Of a DNA stretch of 15,795 bases, positions 8,421 to 15,764 are shown piece after piece. How positions within the stretch are numbered: the first letter of the stretch is position 1; every line of letters begins with the position of its first letter. The position numbers and the translations under genes were made by a program. The notes under the pieces were generated by a model. The model had not been told where the DNA came from, searched no databases, and was given only the letters and a program-made list of their open reading frames with translations. Source of the stretch: Candidatus Aenigmatarchaeota archaeon (lineage in GTDB: Archaea; EX4484-52); contig JAGLPV010000041.1 of the NCBI GenBank assembly GCA_023137195.1, forward strand, positions 1 to 15,795. Direction: 5' to 3'.

Positions 8421-9653
8421 TTATTTTCTCCTCCCCTCCAACTCATTTATTACATCCTCAATTGCAATATTTTTCTTTGCCATAAGCACAAGAATAAAAT
8501 ATGTCAAATCTGCGATTTCCCAGATTAAATTATCCTTGTCTGTATAATTCAAAACCTCTCCAGACTCTTCCTTAATTTTCTCCTTTATTGATTTTTCATC
8601 CCTTGACACAAGCGAAGTATAAGAGCCCTTTCTGGGTTTATTAACCCTGTCCTTAATACAACCATAGAGTTCCTTTAAATTAAATTCTCTATTCTCCGCT
8701 CCAAAACAGGAATAACTTCCCTTGTGGCATGCAACACCAGATTGCCTGACTCTGAACAACAAAGTGTCTTTATCGCAGTCATATTTTACATTGAGTAATT
8801 GTTGCGTGTTGCCTGAGGTCTCTCCTTTTCTCCATAATTGCTTTCTTGATCTGCTGTAATAAATTCCTTTTTGCTTCTTCAATGCCTGTTTTAATGATTC
8901 CCTGGAAGAGTAAGCAAGCATCAAAACCTGATTCGCCTCATCCTGAACAATTGTCGGAATCAGACCATTGGTTTTATTAAAATCAAGAAGCCCGGCAAAA
9001 CATTCTGTCAAATCCAGCTTGCCTGTATATAGTGCCATTCCTATCTGGCAGTCTACATCTATTTTGTCAAGCTCTTTAATCTGTTCCAGGGAACTTATTC
9101 CTCCGGCAGCAATCAACCTGTTTTTTGTCATTTTCCTTATCTGTTTGATTTTTTCCAAATCAATGCCCTGCATTCTGCCTTCTGATTCTATAAGAGTGTA
9201 TAAAAAACCACAGCAGTAATCTTTCAATTCAGCTACTGTTTCCTGCGGCGTCTTGTTTGTCTTATTTTTCCAGCCTTCATTCACGACAAATCCTTCTTTA
9301 CTGTCAATTGCAACTATCAATCTGTCTTTTGGCAATTGCATTAAAAAATCCCTGTTTGCTTTTGTCCCGATAATTATTTTTTTGGCTCCGCTTTTCAATA
9401 ATTCCTCTGCTTTTTGTTTTGTCCTGATTCCTCCGCCGACATTGCACTTGGTGATTTTGCATATTTTCTTAATTAATTCTGTATTGTCTTTACATTTGTT
9501 CATTGCCGCATCAAGATCAATTACAGCAACATCCCCGTAAACTCCAAATCTTCTTGCCAGTTCCAGCACATCCTCTCTTTCGAGTATTTTCTTCTTTCCG
9601 CCGACAAGTTGAACTGCTTTGCCATCTATTAAATCGATGCTTGGGATTATCAT
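8421..9653 (-). CDS. hisAIE: Trifunctional HisA-HisI-HisE fusion (ProFAR isomerase, PR-AMP cyclohydrolase, PR-ATP pyrophosphatase)
   Basis: The first ~220 aa form the HisA barrel (IIPSIDL, DLDAA, VGGGIR, AAGGI). HisI follows ([35 protein letters not shown]), then HisE (SYT, EESGEV, EIADL). SD GGAGGT upstream. Confidence 0.93.
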   Translation of the reverse strand: MIIPSIDLIDGKAVQLVGGKKKILEREDVLELARRFGVYGDVAVIDLDAAMNKCKDNTELIKKICKITKCNVGGGIRTKQKAEELLKSGAKKIIIGTKANRDFLMQLPKDRLIVAIDSKEGFVVNEGWKNKTNKTPQETVAELKDYCCGFLYTLIESEGRMQGIDLEKIKQIRKMTKNRLIAAGGISSLEQIKELDKIDVDCQIGMALYTGKLDLTECFAGLLDFNKTNGLIPTIVQDEANQVLMLAYSSRESLKQALKKQKGIYYSRSRKQLWRKGETSGNTQQLLNVKYDCDKDTLLFRVRQSGVACHKGSYSCFGAENREFNLKELYGCIKDRVNKPRKGSYTSLVSRDEKSIKEKIKEESGEVLNYTDKDNLIWEIADLTYFILVLMAKKNIAIEDVINELEGRRK

Positions 9654-10405
9654 AGTCTTACCTCCATATTATTTTTTGCCAGGTATTCTTTTACCTGACT
9701 TACTGAAAATTTCCCGTAATGAAAAATAGATGCCGCCAGCATTGCATCTGCGCATCCATATTCAAATATATCGGATATGGACTTCAAATCTCCTGCTCCA
9801 CCCGATGCAATGACAGGAATATTTATGCTTTCTGAAATGATTTTTGTCAACCCGATGTCAAACCCTTTTTTTGTCCCGTCCCGGTCCATTGAAGTAAGAA
9901 GGATTTCCCCCGCACCAAACTGCTGAACTTTTTTCGCCCATTCAATTGCATCAATTCGGGTATCTGTCCTGCCACCATTAATAAACACATTCCATGAATT
10001 TTGAGTTTTTTTTGCGTCAATTGCAACAACAATGCACTGGGAGCCAAATTTCGAACTTGCCTGTTTTATGATGCCCGGGTTTTTGATTGCCGCAGTATTT
10101 ACTGAAATTTTGTCTGCCCCGCAAAACAATAGTTTCTGCATATCTTCAACTGTACTGATTCCCCCTCCGACAGTAAATGGAATAAACAACTGTCTTGAAA
10201 CATTTCTGACAATGTCATAGATTGTTTTTCTTTCTTCAACCGAGGCGGTAATGTCCAGAAAGACCAGTTCATCTGCTCCTTCTTCATTGTATTTTTTCGC
10301 CAGCTCCACGGGGTCTCCCGCATCTCTCAAATTGACAAAATTCGTGCCTTTGACAACCCTGCCATTTTTCACATCAAGACAGGGAACAATTCTTTTGGTC
10401 AACAT
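9650..10405 (-). CDS. hisF: Imidazole glycerol phosphate synthase, cyclase subunit
   Basis: True start [12 protein letters not shown] at ATG 10405 (SD GGAGGTGG). Motifs [29 protein letters not shown] and AASIFH. Confidence 0.97.
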   Translation of the reverse strand: MLTKRIVPCLDVKNGRVVKGTNFVNLRDAGDPVELAKKYNEEGADELVFLDITASVEERKTIYDIVRNVSRQLFIPFTVGGGISTVEDMQKLLFCGADKISVNTAAIKNPGIIKQASSKFGSQCIVVAIDAKKTQNSWNVFINGGRTDTRIDAIEWAKKVQQFGAGEILLTSMDRDGTKKGFDIGLTKIISESINIPVIASGGAGDLKSISDIFEYGCADAMLAASIFHYGKFSVSQVKEYLAKNNMEVRL

Positions 10406-10983
10406 TCCAACCACCTCCTTAATATATCCAATCCAAATTCGCCGCTTTTTTCCGGGTGAAATTGTGTTGCTGTGATGTTTTTGCACTGCACTGCGCTTGT
10501 AAATTCAAGATAATAATCTGTCTTCGTCGCAATTATATCTGTGTTTTTTGGAACAATATAAAATGAATTCACAAAATAAACAAATCCTTCTCTAAAAAAT
10601 TCATTTTGATTTGCCGGTCTGATTTTATTCCATCCAATTTGGGGAACTTTTCCCTGCCTGAATTTCACGACTTCTCCTTCAAAAAGTCCAAGACCTTTTA
10701 CGCCAGGACTTTCCTCACTCCTTTCAAAAAGAACCTGAAGACCCAGACAAATGCCAAAAAAGGGTTTGCCGGAATCAATAAACTTCTTGATTGGTTCAAT
10801 TAGTTTTTGTTTCTTTAGATTGTCCATTATCTCTCCAAATGCCCCGACACCAGGCAGAATCAATTTATCTGCTTCTTTTATCATGTCTGGATTTTCGGTT
10901 ATTGTATATTCGTATCCTAAATATTCAAGAGCATTGGTTATACTGCCTATGTTTCCTGCCCCGTAATTAATTATGTATATCAT
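10399..10983 (-). CDS. hisH: Imidazole glycerol phosphate synthase, glutaminase subunit
   Basis: Motifs [17 protein letters not shown] (catalytic Cys) and QFHPEKS. SD GGAGTGA. Confidence 0.97.
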   Translation of the reverse strand: MIYIINYGAGNIGSITNALEYLGYEYTITENPDMIKEADKLILPGVGAFGEIMDNLKKQKLIEPIKKFIDSGKPFFGICLGLQVLFERSEESPGVKGLGLFEGEVVKFRQGKVPQIGWNKIRPANQNEFFREGFVYFVNSFYIVPKNTDIIATKTDYYLEFTSAVQCKNITATQFHPEKSGEFGLDILRRWLEC

Positions 10984-11571
10984 TTAAATCACTCCTTTTG
11001 TAGTTGGCATCTCTTTTATTCTCCTTTTATCTTTTGAACATGCCATATTCATTGATCTGGCAAATGCCTTGAATATTGCCTCGATTTTGTGGTGGTCGCT
11101 CCTGCCGTAAGGCATCCTGACCACAAGATTTGCCCCGAGATTTGTCGCAAATGCCTGGAAAAAATCCTCCAATAAGTCTGTATCAAAGTCGCCGCAGAAT
11201 CGCCTCTTGAATTCAGCATCATACTGCAAATATGGTCTGCCTCCAATATCAACAGCAACAACAGCCAATGCCTCATCCATCGGATACACAAAATAACCCG
11301 CCCTGTTAATACCTCTTTTGTCCCCTAATGCTTTTTTAAATGCTTCTCCCAGCACAATTCCGCAATCCTCTATTGTGTGGTGCTGGTCTGTTTCCAAATC
11401 GCCTTTGATTGTCATACTAATATCAAAAAGCCCGTGCTTTGAAAATGTCTCCAACATGTGTCCGAAAAATCCAACAGGAGATTCAATCCCGTATGTTCCC
11501 GAACCGTCAATATTCACGCTCAGTGAAATATCTGTCTCATTTGTCTTTCTTTTAATTTTTGCTGTTCTCAT
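10984..11571 (-). CDS. hisB: Imidazoleglycerol-phosphate dehydratase (monofunctional)
   Basis: Motifs RKTNET, FFGHML, DQHHTIED, PMDEAL, DHHKIEA and PTTKG. SD GGAGG. Confidence 0.97.
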   Translation of the reverse strand: MRTAKIKRKTNETDISLSVNIDGSGTYGIESPVGFFGHMLETFSKHGLFDISMTIKGDLETDQHHTIEDCGIVLGEAFKKALGDKRGINRAGYFVYPMDEALAVVAVDIGGRPYLQYDAEFKRRFCGDFDTDLLEDFFQAFATNLGANLVVRMPYGRSDHHKIEAIFKAFARSMNMACSKDKRRIKEMPTTKGVI

Positions 11572-13286
11572 TCTAAAACCTCCTTTATCTCATTTATATC
11601 ATTTAATACTTGTTTTGCCCCGTATTTGAGCATCCTGTTTTTTAATTTTCCTGACTTTTCCTGCGGCGGCAGAACTCCGACAGGAGTTATGTTTGCATCA
11701 ATTGCCGCCTTCATGTCATCTATTGTGTCGCCAAAATAAATCACATCTTCTGATTCATATTTTTCCATGATTTTAAACAGCCCTTGCGGGTTTGGCTTGG
11801 CTTTTGAGACATCTTCCATTGCAACTATCCTGTCAAAATAACCGAACACACCATTTATTTCCAATGAAAAAACAGCTTCTTCTTTCGGTCTTCCTGTAAA
11901 TATGGCAAGTTTATATTTTGATGATAATTTTTTTAGAATCTCTTTTTCCAAAAGCCATTTTTCATTATTTCTTAGACCGCCCAGATATAACTCCTGGAAT
12001 TTATCTATTATTTTGCTCTTTTTCACATCGAGTCCCCTGCTCTTTATTATTGCCTCTGTCAAGTCCCAGTCGTTGTTATATCCTCCTCTGTTCTTGAAAT
12101 CCTGAATCTTATTTTCTGAAACTTCCCTACCTAAAAAAAATTCTGCTGTTTGTTTTATGGCTTGTCTGTATGATTTTGAGACATCAATCAAAACCCCGTC
12201 AATATCAAAAATCAATAGCGGCTTTTCCTGGTCTTTTATTTCTTTCAATGCCTCTATCAACTGCTGTGTCTGTTTGGCAGTTCCGACTGTTATTCTAAAA
12301 ACTCCTTCCAGCAACGGGTCTTTACTCCTGTCTCTTACCAATATTCCTTTTTTCTTTAATTGTCCGCAATAATCAGAACACCTTTTGCCAACATCAACCA
12401 ACAGAAAATTTGCATCTGATTCATAGTATTTTATTTTCTCTTTCTTCAATTCAGAATATATCCTTGTTTTATTCTCATTCACAGTTTTTACATAGTTTTT
12501 GACATACTCGTAATCGTCCAATGCTACGGATACACAGGCTGTGGCAATGCCGTTGACACTGTATGGAGAAATCACTTTTCTCATGGTTTTTATATTCTCT
12601 TTGTTTGAAACAATATAGCCGATTCTTAGATTTGCCATGCCAAATGCCTTTGAGAAGGTCTGAAGCACAACAAGATTATCAAATTCTTCAATTAAATCAA
12701 TTGATGATTCATTGAAAAAAGGATAGTATGCCTCATCAACAAGCACCAGCGCATCATTTTGCTTTGCTTTGTTCAGGATTTCAATAAGTTCTTGTCTATT
12801 TACAGATGTGCCTGTTGGATTATTTGGATTTACTATCACCACAATCTTTGTTTTTGGGTTAATTTCCTCCAATACTTTTCCTGTCGGAAAACTCAAATCC
12901 TTATTGTAAAAAACCTCTTTGATTTTTGCTTCATTCAACTGGGCATAGAATCCAAACATGGCGAAAGTCGGCACAGGAATAATGATTTCATCTATGCCTC
13001 TTTCAACATAAGTCTCGGTTATCGTTTTTATTGCTTCATCCGTCCCGTTTGTATACATCACCTGACTTGAATCGATTTTCAGAAAATCAGCAAGTTTTTT
13101 TATGGATTCATCATATTGGGGATACGTGCTTATATTTCCTGCTGTTATTTCTCTTAATTTTTCAATGACCCTTGGCGAACAGCCAATTGTATTTTCATTG
13201 AAATCCAGTCTTAGATAACCTTCTCTGCCTTCTGTCGGAGGAGAATAAGAGGACATTTCCATTACAGCTTTTTTTGGTCTTATCAT
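11568..13286 (-). CDS. hisC: Histidinol-phosphate aminotransferase fused to a C-terminal HAD phosphatase (probable histidinol-phosphatase)
   Basis: HisC motifs LDFNEN, NPNNPTG, DEAY and TFSKAFG...RIGY (PLP Lys). From about 12220 a HAD domain: FDIDGV, FTGRP, KPNP, GDTIDD. Start ATG 13286 after AAAGGTGA; the ORF-track GTG start lies inside the SD. Confidence 0.94.
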   Translation of the reverse strand: MIRPKKAVMEMSSYSPPTEGREGYLRLDFNENTIGCSPRVIEKLREITAGNISTYPQYDESIKKLADFLKIDSSQVMYTNGTDEAIKTITETYVERGIDEIIIPVPTFAMFGFYAQLNEAKIKEVFYNKDLSFPTGKVLEEINPKTKIVVIVNPNNPTGTSVNRQELIEILNKAKQNDALVLVDEAYYPFFNESSIDLIEEFDNLVVLQTFSKAFGMANLRIGYIVSNKENIKTMRKVISPYSVNGIATACVSVALDDYEYVKNYVKTVNENKTRIYSELKKEKIKYYESDANFLLVDVGKRCSDYCGQLKKKGILVRDRSKDPLLEGVFRITVGTAKQTQQLIEALKEIKDQEKPLLIFDIDGVLIDVSKSYRQAIKQTAEFFLGREVSENKIQDFKNRGGYNNDWDLTEAIIKSRGLDVKKSKIIDKFQELYLGGLRNNEKWLLEKEILKKLSSKYKLAIFTGRPKEEAVFSLEINGVFGYFDRIVAMEDVSKAKPNPQGLFKIMEKYESEDVIYFGDTIDDMKAAIDANITPVGVLPPQEKSGKLKNRMLKYGAKQVLNDINEIKEVLE

Positions 13287-13287
13287 C

Positions 13288-14538
13288 TTATTCACCTTTT
13301 AATCTTATTGATGCGGCTCTCTTGTGTGCATCCAGCCCTTCAATTTCTGCGAATTTTGCTGAAATTTTTACTAATTCATCAAGACTGTTTTTCCCTGCTT
13401 TCTGATAAGTCTGTATCTTCACAAAGTCTTTTACACAAAGACCACCTGTATATCTTGCGGCTTTGCTTGTCGGCAGAATGTGGTTTGTGCCCGTGCAATA
13501 ATCTCCAAATACCTCTGCACTATTCTGCCCAATAAACAGGCTCCCGTAATTCTTTAATTTGTCGATTAGTTTATCCTGCTCTTTAACCTGAATTTCCAAG
13601 TGTTCCGGCGCATACTTATTTGCGATTTTTACTGCATCGTCCAAATCTTCAACCAAGATGATTTTGCTGTTTTTTACAGATTCTTCAATGATTTGTTTTG
13701 TTGTTAATTTCTCTTTTTGACAGATTAATTCATCATTGACCTGTCCTGCAATTTTTGAGGAAGTTGCAATTAAATTTGCCCTTGCGTCTGTATCGTGCTC
13801 TAATTGAGCGAGCAAATCTGCTGCAATGAATTTTGGATTTGCAGATTCATCGGCAATTATCATCACTTCGCTCGGACCTGCAATGAAATCAATCCCGACT
13901 GTTCCATAAACCTGTTTTTTTGCTGCGCTGACATATTTATTTCCCGGACCCACAATTTTGTCTACTTTAGGAATGTCTCGCGTTCCAAAAGCAAGAGCGG
14001 CTATTGCCTGAACTCCCCCAATATTGAATATCCTATCAGCCCCTGCTAAATCGCACGCAACAATAGTTATTGCCTGAATTTTAGGAGAACACGCAATTAT
14101 ACTTTCAACCCCGGCAACTTTGGCAGGAATTATTGACATCAACGCAGAAGAAGGAAGAGGAAATCTTCCTCCAGGAATGTAGCACCCTACTGTCTCTAAA
14201 GGTATTATTTTTTGCCCCAGCACAATGCCGTTCCTTTCTGCCTCAAAATCCACGAAATTGCTCATCTGTTTTTGCGCAAAAAATTCAATATTTTCAATCG
14301 CTTTTTTCAAGGTCAGAATTGTCTTTGAATCTGTCTTTTCATATGCCTCCCGTATCTGTTTTGGAGTTATTGAAAAATCATCCAAATCCAGATTATCAAA
14401 TTTTTTTGCGTATTTTATGAGTGCTGTATCGCTGTTTGCCTTTACATCCGAAATAATTTCTTCAACTATTTTTATGTCCTCTGTGGACTCGCAACTGAAA
14501 AAATCATCAGTCAGGTCTTTATATCTTATAATTTCCAT
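13288..14538 (-). CDS. hisD: Histidinol dehydrogenase
   Basis: Motifs GCYIPGG, GGVQAIAALAFG, GPGNKYV, AGPSE, QLEHD, APEHL, GDY..GTNHILPT and EGLDAH. Start ATG 14538 after GAAGTGA. Confidence 0.97.
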   Translation of the reverse strand: MEIIRYKDLTDDFFSCESTEDIKIVEEIISDVKANSDTALIKYAKKFDNLDLDDFSITPKQIREAYEKTDSKTILTLKKAIENIEFFAQKQMSNFVDFEAERNGIVLGQKIIPLETVGCYIPGGRFPLPSSALMSIIPAKVAGVESIIACSPKIQAITIVACDLAGADRIFNIGGVQAIAALAFGTRDIPKVDKIVGPGNKYVSAAKKQVYGTVGIDFIAGPSEVMIIADESANPKFIAADLLAQLEHDTDARANLIATSSKIAGQVNDELICQKEKLTTKQIIEESVKNSKIILVEDLDDAVKIANKYAPEHLEIQVKEQDKLIDKLKNYGSLFIGQNSAEVFGDYCTGTNHILPTSKAARYTGGLCVKDFVKIQTYQKAGKNSLDELVKISAKFAEIEGLDAHKRAASIRLKGE

Positions 14539-14543
14539 TTTAA

Positions 14544-15419
14544 TCACTTCACTACTTTTTCCAGCTTATATTCTAAGATGTCTGTTGCCCCCTCCTGTAA
14601 TAATTCCGGAATCAATTCCTTTACTTCGTCTCTTTTTACTGCAATTTTGACTGCATAACCACGCCCTCCATACAATTTAGAAACTGTGGGTGATTTCATG
14701 CACGGAAGAGTTTCCAGAAGTTCTTTTAATTTAGCTTCGGAGATATTCATCTCAATCAAAACTCTTTTTCTTGCCTCCAGCACGCTTTTTATCAGCATCG
14801 TAATATTTTTTATTTTTCCCTGCTTCCAGTTATCTTTCATGGCATCGATATTGGCAATAAACCTTGTTGAAGAAGACATTACTGTTTCCACTATTTTTAG
14901 ATTATTGTCCTTTAATGTATTTCCTGTGGATACGTTGTCAACAATCATATCTGCATCCTCCGGTGGATAGCACTCTGTCGCCCCGTATGTTTTTATGTAT
15001 TCATAGTTGATTCCTTTTTGTTCCAGATATTTTTTCACTATTCTCTCGTATTCTGATGCAACTCTTATTTTTCTCTTTATCAATTTGCTAAAATCGTATC
15101 CTACAGGAACAGCAGAGACTATCCTTACTTTATCCAGTTCAAGGTCAAGCAATTCCTCAACTTTCGCATCTTGTTCAATTATCCAATCCAGACCGCAGAA
15201 TCCAATATCCTGAGAACCCAGTTCCACTAATTTAGAGATTATCTGGGGCTTTAGAAGTTTCACTTCCAGTTCGCTGTCATTTATGAAGGGACGGTAATTT
15301 CTGCCGTTTTGCGATATTTTCAAACCAATATCGTCTAATAGTTTAACTACGCCTTTAGATAATCTTCCCTTTGGAATGGCAAGTTTTAATTTTCTTTGTT
15401 GTTTTTTAGAAATGGCTAT
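14544..15419 (-). CDS. hisG: ATP phosphoribosyltransferase, long form with C-terminal regulatory domain; no in-frame canonical start, probably entered by +1 frameshift from the leader ORF
   Basis: The frame continues upstream of the ORF-track TTG (15323) as IAISKKQQRKLKLAIPKGRLSKGVVKLLDDIGL, which includes the conserved AIPKGRL motif. Also DIGFCGLD, GATE.YPP..AD.IVD.VSTG.TL and LP.MKSPTV. No ATG, GTG or TTG lies between the upstream in-frame TGA (15504-15506) and 15323. Confidence 0.93.
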   Translation of the reverse strand: MAISKKQQRKLKLAIPKGRLSKGVVKLLDDIGLKISQNGRNYRPFINDSELEVKLLKPQIISKLVELGSQDIGFCGLDWIIEQDAKVEELLDLELDKVRIVSAVPVGYDFSKLIKRKIRVASEYERIVKKYLEQKGINYEYIKTYGATECYPPEDADMIVDNVSTGNTLKDNNLKIVETVMSSSTRFIANIDAMKDNWKQGKIKNITMLIKSVLEARKRVLIEMNISEAKLKELLETLPCMKSPTVSKLYGGRGYAVKIAVKRDEVKELIPELLQEGATDILEYKLEKVVK

Positions 15420-15507
15420 GGGGTGAACATGAACTAGTATCCTGTCTTCCGTATAAAGACTCTTGCATGCTTTTGTCCATTGTATTTGTATTATTTTTTG
15501 TGTTCAT
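15406..15507 (-). CDS. 33-aa his leader ORF (MNTKNNTNTMDKSMQESLYGRQDTSSCSPHSHF), putative frameshift or sensor leader
   Basis: ATG 15507 is preceded by AAAGGCGA plus 5 nt, the same geometry as AAAGGTGA before hisC. The ORF ends CCC CAT AGC CAT TTC TAA and overlaps the hisG frame, which is +1 relative to it. Confidence 0.7.
   Translation of the reverse strand: MNTKNNTNTMDKSMQESLYGRQDTSSCSPHSHF
15418..15423 (-). promoter_or_regulatory. Candidate +1 ribosomal frameshift site CCC-CAT
   Basis: P-site Pro CCC can re-pair perfectly on the +1 CCC while the A-site codon is His CAT. The shift yields the hisG frame (CCC ATA GCC ATT TCT AAA). Confidence 0.55.
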
Positions 15508-15539
15508 ATATATCGCCTTTTAATGGTATTAGTAGATAA

Positions 15540-15556
15540 TTTTTTTAAGCTTTTTG
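15540..15556. promoter_or_regulatory. Putative divergent promoter region for the his operon and tRNA-Met
   Basis: The minus strand reads CAAAAAG-CTTAAAAA (BRE/TATA-like), about 35 nt above the leader ATG. The plus strand has TTTAAG about 25 nt above the tRNA 5' end. Confidence 0.4.
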
Positions 15557-15573
15557 TATTTTAAGTCATATAT

Positions 15574-15703
15574 GCTGAGGTGGCTCAGTTGGTTAGAGCG
15601 CCAGACTCATAAGTTCAGTATGAGTTTTGACTCTTTTGTTGCAAAAGGGGATGATAAGAACTAAGATATCTGGAGGTCGCGGGTCCGAGCCCCGCCCTCG
15701 GCA
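15574..15703 (+). tRNA. trnM: tRNA-Met (elongator, anticodon CAT) with a 56-nt intron at canonical position 37/38 (15612-15667); CCA not encoded
   Basis: Acceptor GCTGAGG/CCTCGGC-A, D arm GCTC/GAGC, anticodon stem CCAGA/TCTGG with loop CTCATA^A, T arm GCGGG/CCCGC. A bulge-helix-bulge motif forms: CTCA/TAAG core with one C.A mismatch, outer helix GTTC/GAAC. G1-C72 argues against initiator; a GC-T-GAGG rather than GGGCC start favours eMet over Ile2. Confidence 0.92.
15612..15667 (+). ncRNA. tRNA intron with a box C/D-like K-turn and a guide for 2'-O-methylation of C34
   Basis: Guide TATGAGTT (15619-15626) is complementary to the anticodon arm. It is followed by box D-like TTGA (15627-15630), stem CTCTTTTG/CAAAAGGG and box C-like ATGATAA (15651-15657). 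The D+5 nucleotide pairs with C34. Confidence 0.7.
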
Positions 15704-15764
15704 TTAAAAGTGAGCGAACAAAGGAATTCACACAGGAGTGAATTCCGCAGTGAGCCGCTTTTAA
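15704..15764. repeat. Nested inverted repeat (long hairpin) immediately 3' of the tRNA
   Basis: Perfect 9-bp inverted repeat GGAATTCAC (15723-15731) / GTGAATTCC (15738-15746), inside an outer near-perfect pair TTAAAAGTG (15704-15712) / CGCTTTTAA (15756-15764). AGTGAGC occurs in both arms. Confidence 0.65.

Noticed and set aside
10406-10486. N-terminal extensions of HisF, RNase HII (4358-4423), HisC and HisD given by the ORF track
   Set aside because: They overlap neighbouring genes or SD sites; downstream ATGs match the family N-termini.
436-15213. Numerous 60-140 aa antisense or alternative-frame ORFs (for example 436-702, 2961-3368, 6524-6877, 14225-14650)
   Set aside because: They are shadows of well-supported genes and have no recognisable motifs.
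15321-15323. ORF-track start of hisG at TTG 15323
   Set aside because: It would delete the conserved AIPKGRL motif, and it has no SD, unlike the other his genes.
15406-15411. TTC-TAA as a prfB-like shifty stop
   Set aside because: Re-pairing from TTC to TCT is poor and there is no SD just upstream. CCC-CAT gives perfect re-pairing and a regulatory rationale. Not fully excluded.
15416-15430. Mini-ORF ATG TTC ACC CCA TAG (MFTP*) in the third frame as the hisG start
   Set aside because: It needs a -1 shift or a lost base and has only a weak AGGA upstream. It is kept only as the assembly-error alternative to the +1 model.
15330-15510. Classical bacterial his attenuator (His run plus terminator/antiterminator)
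   Set aside because: There are only two His codons and no GC-rich hairpin with a U tract between the leader and hisG; the leader overlaps the hisG frame.
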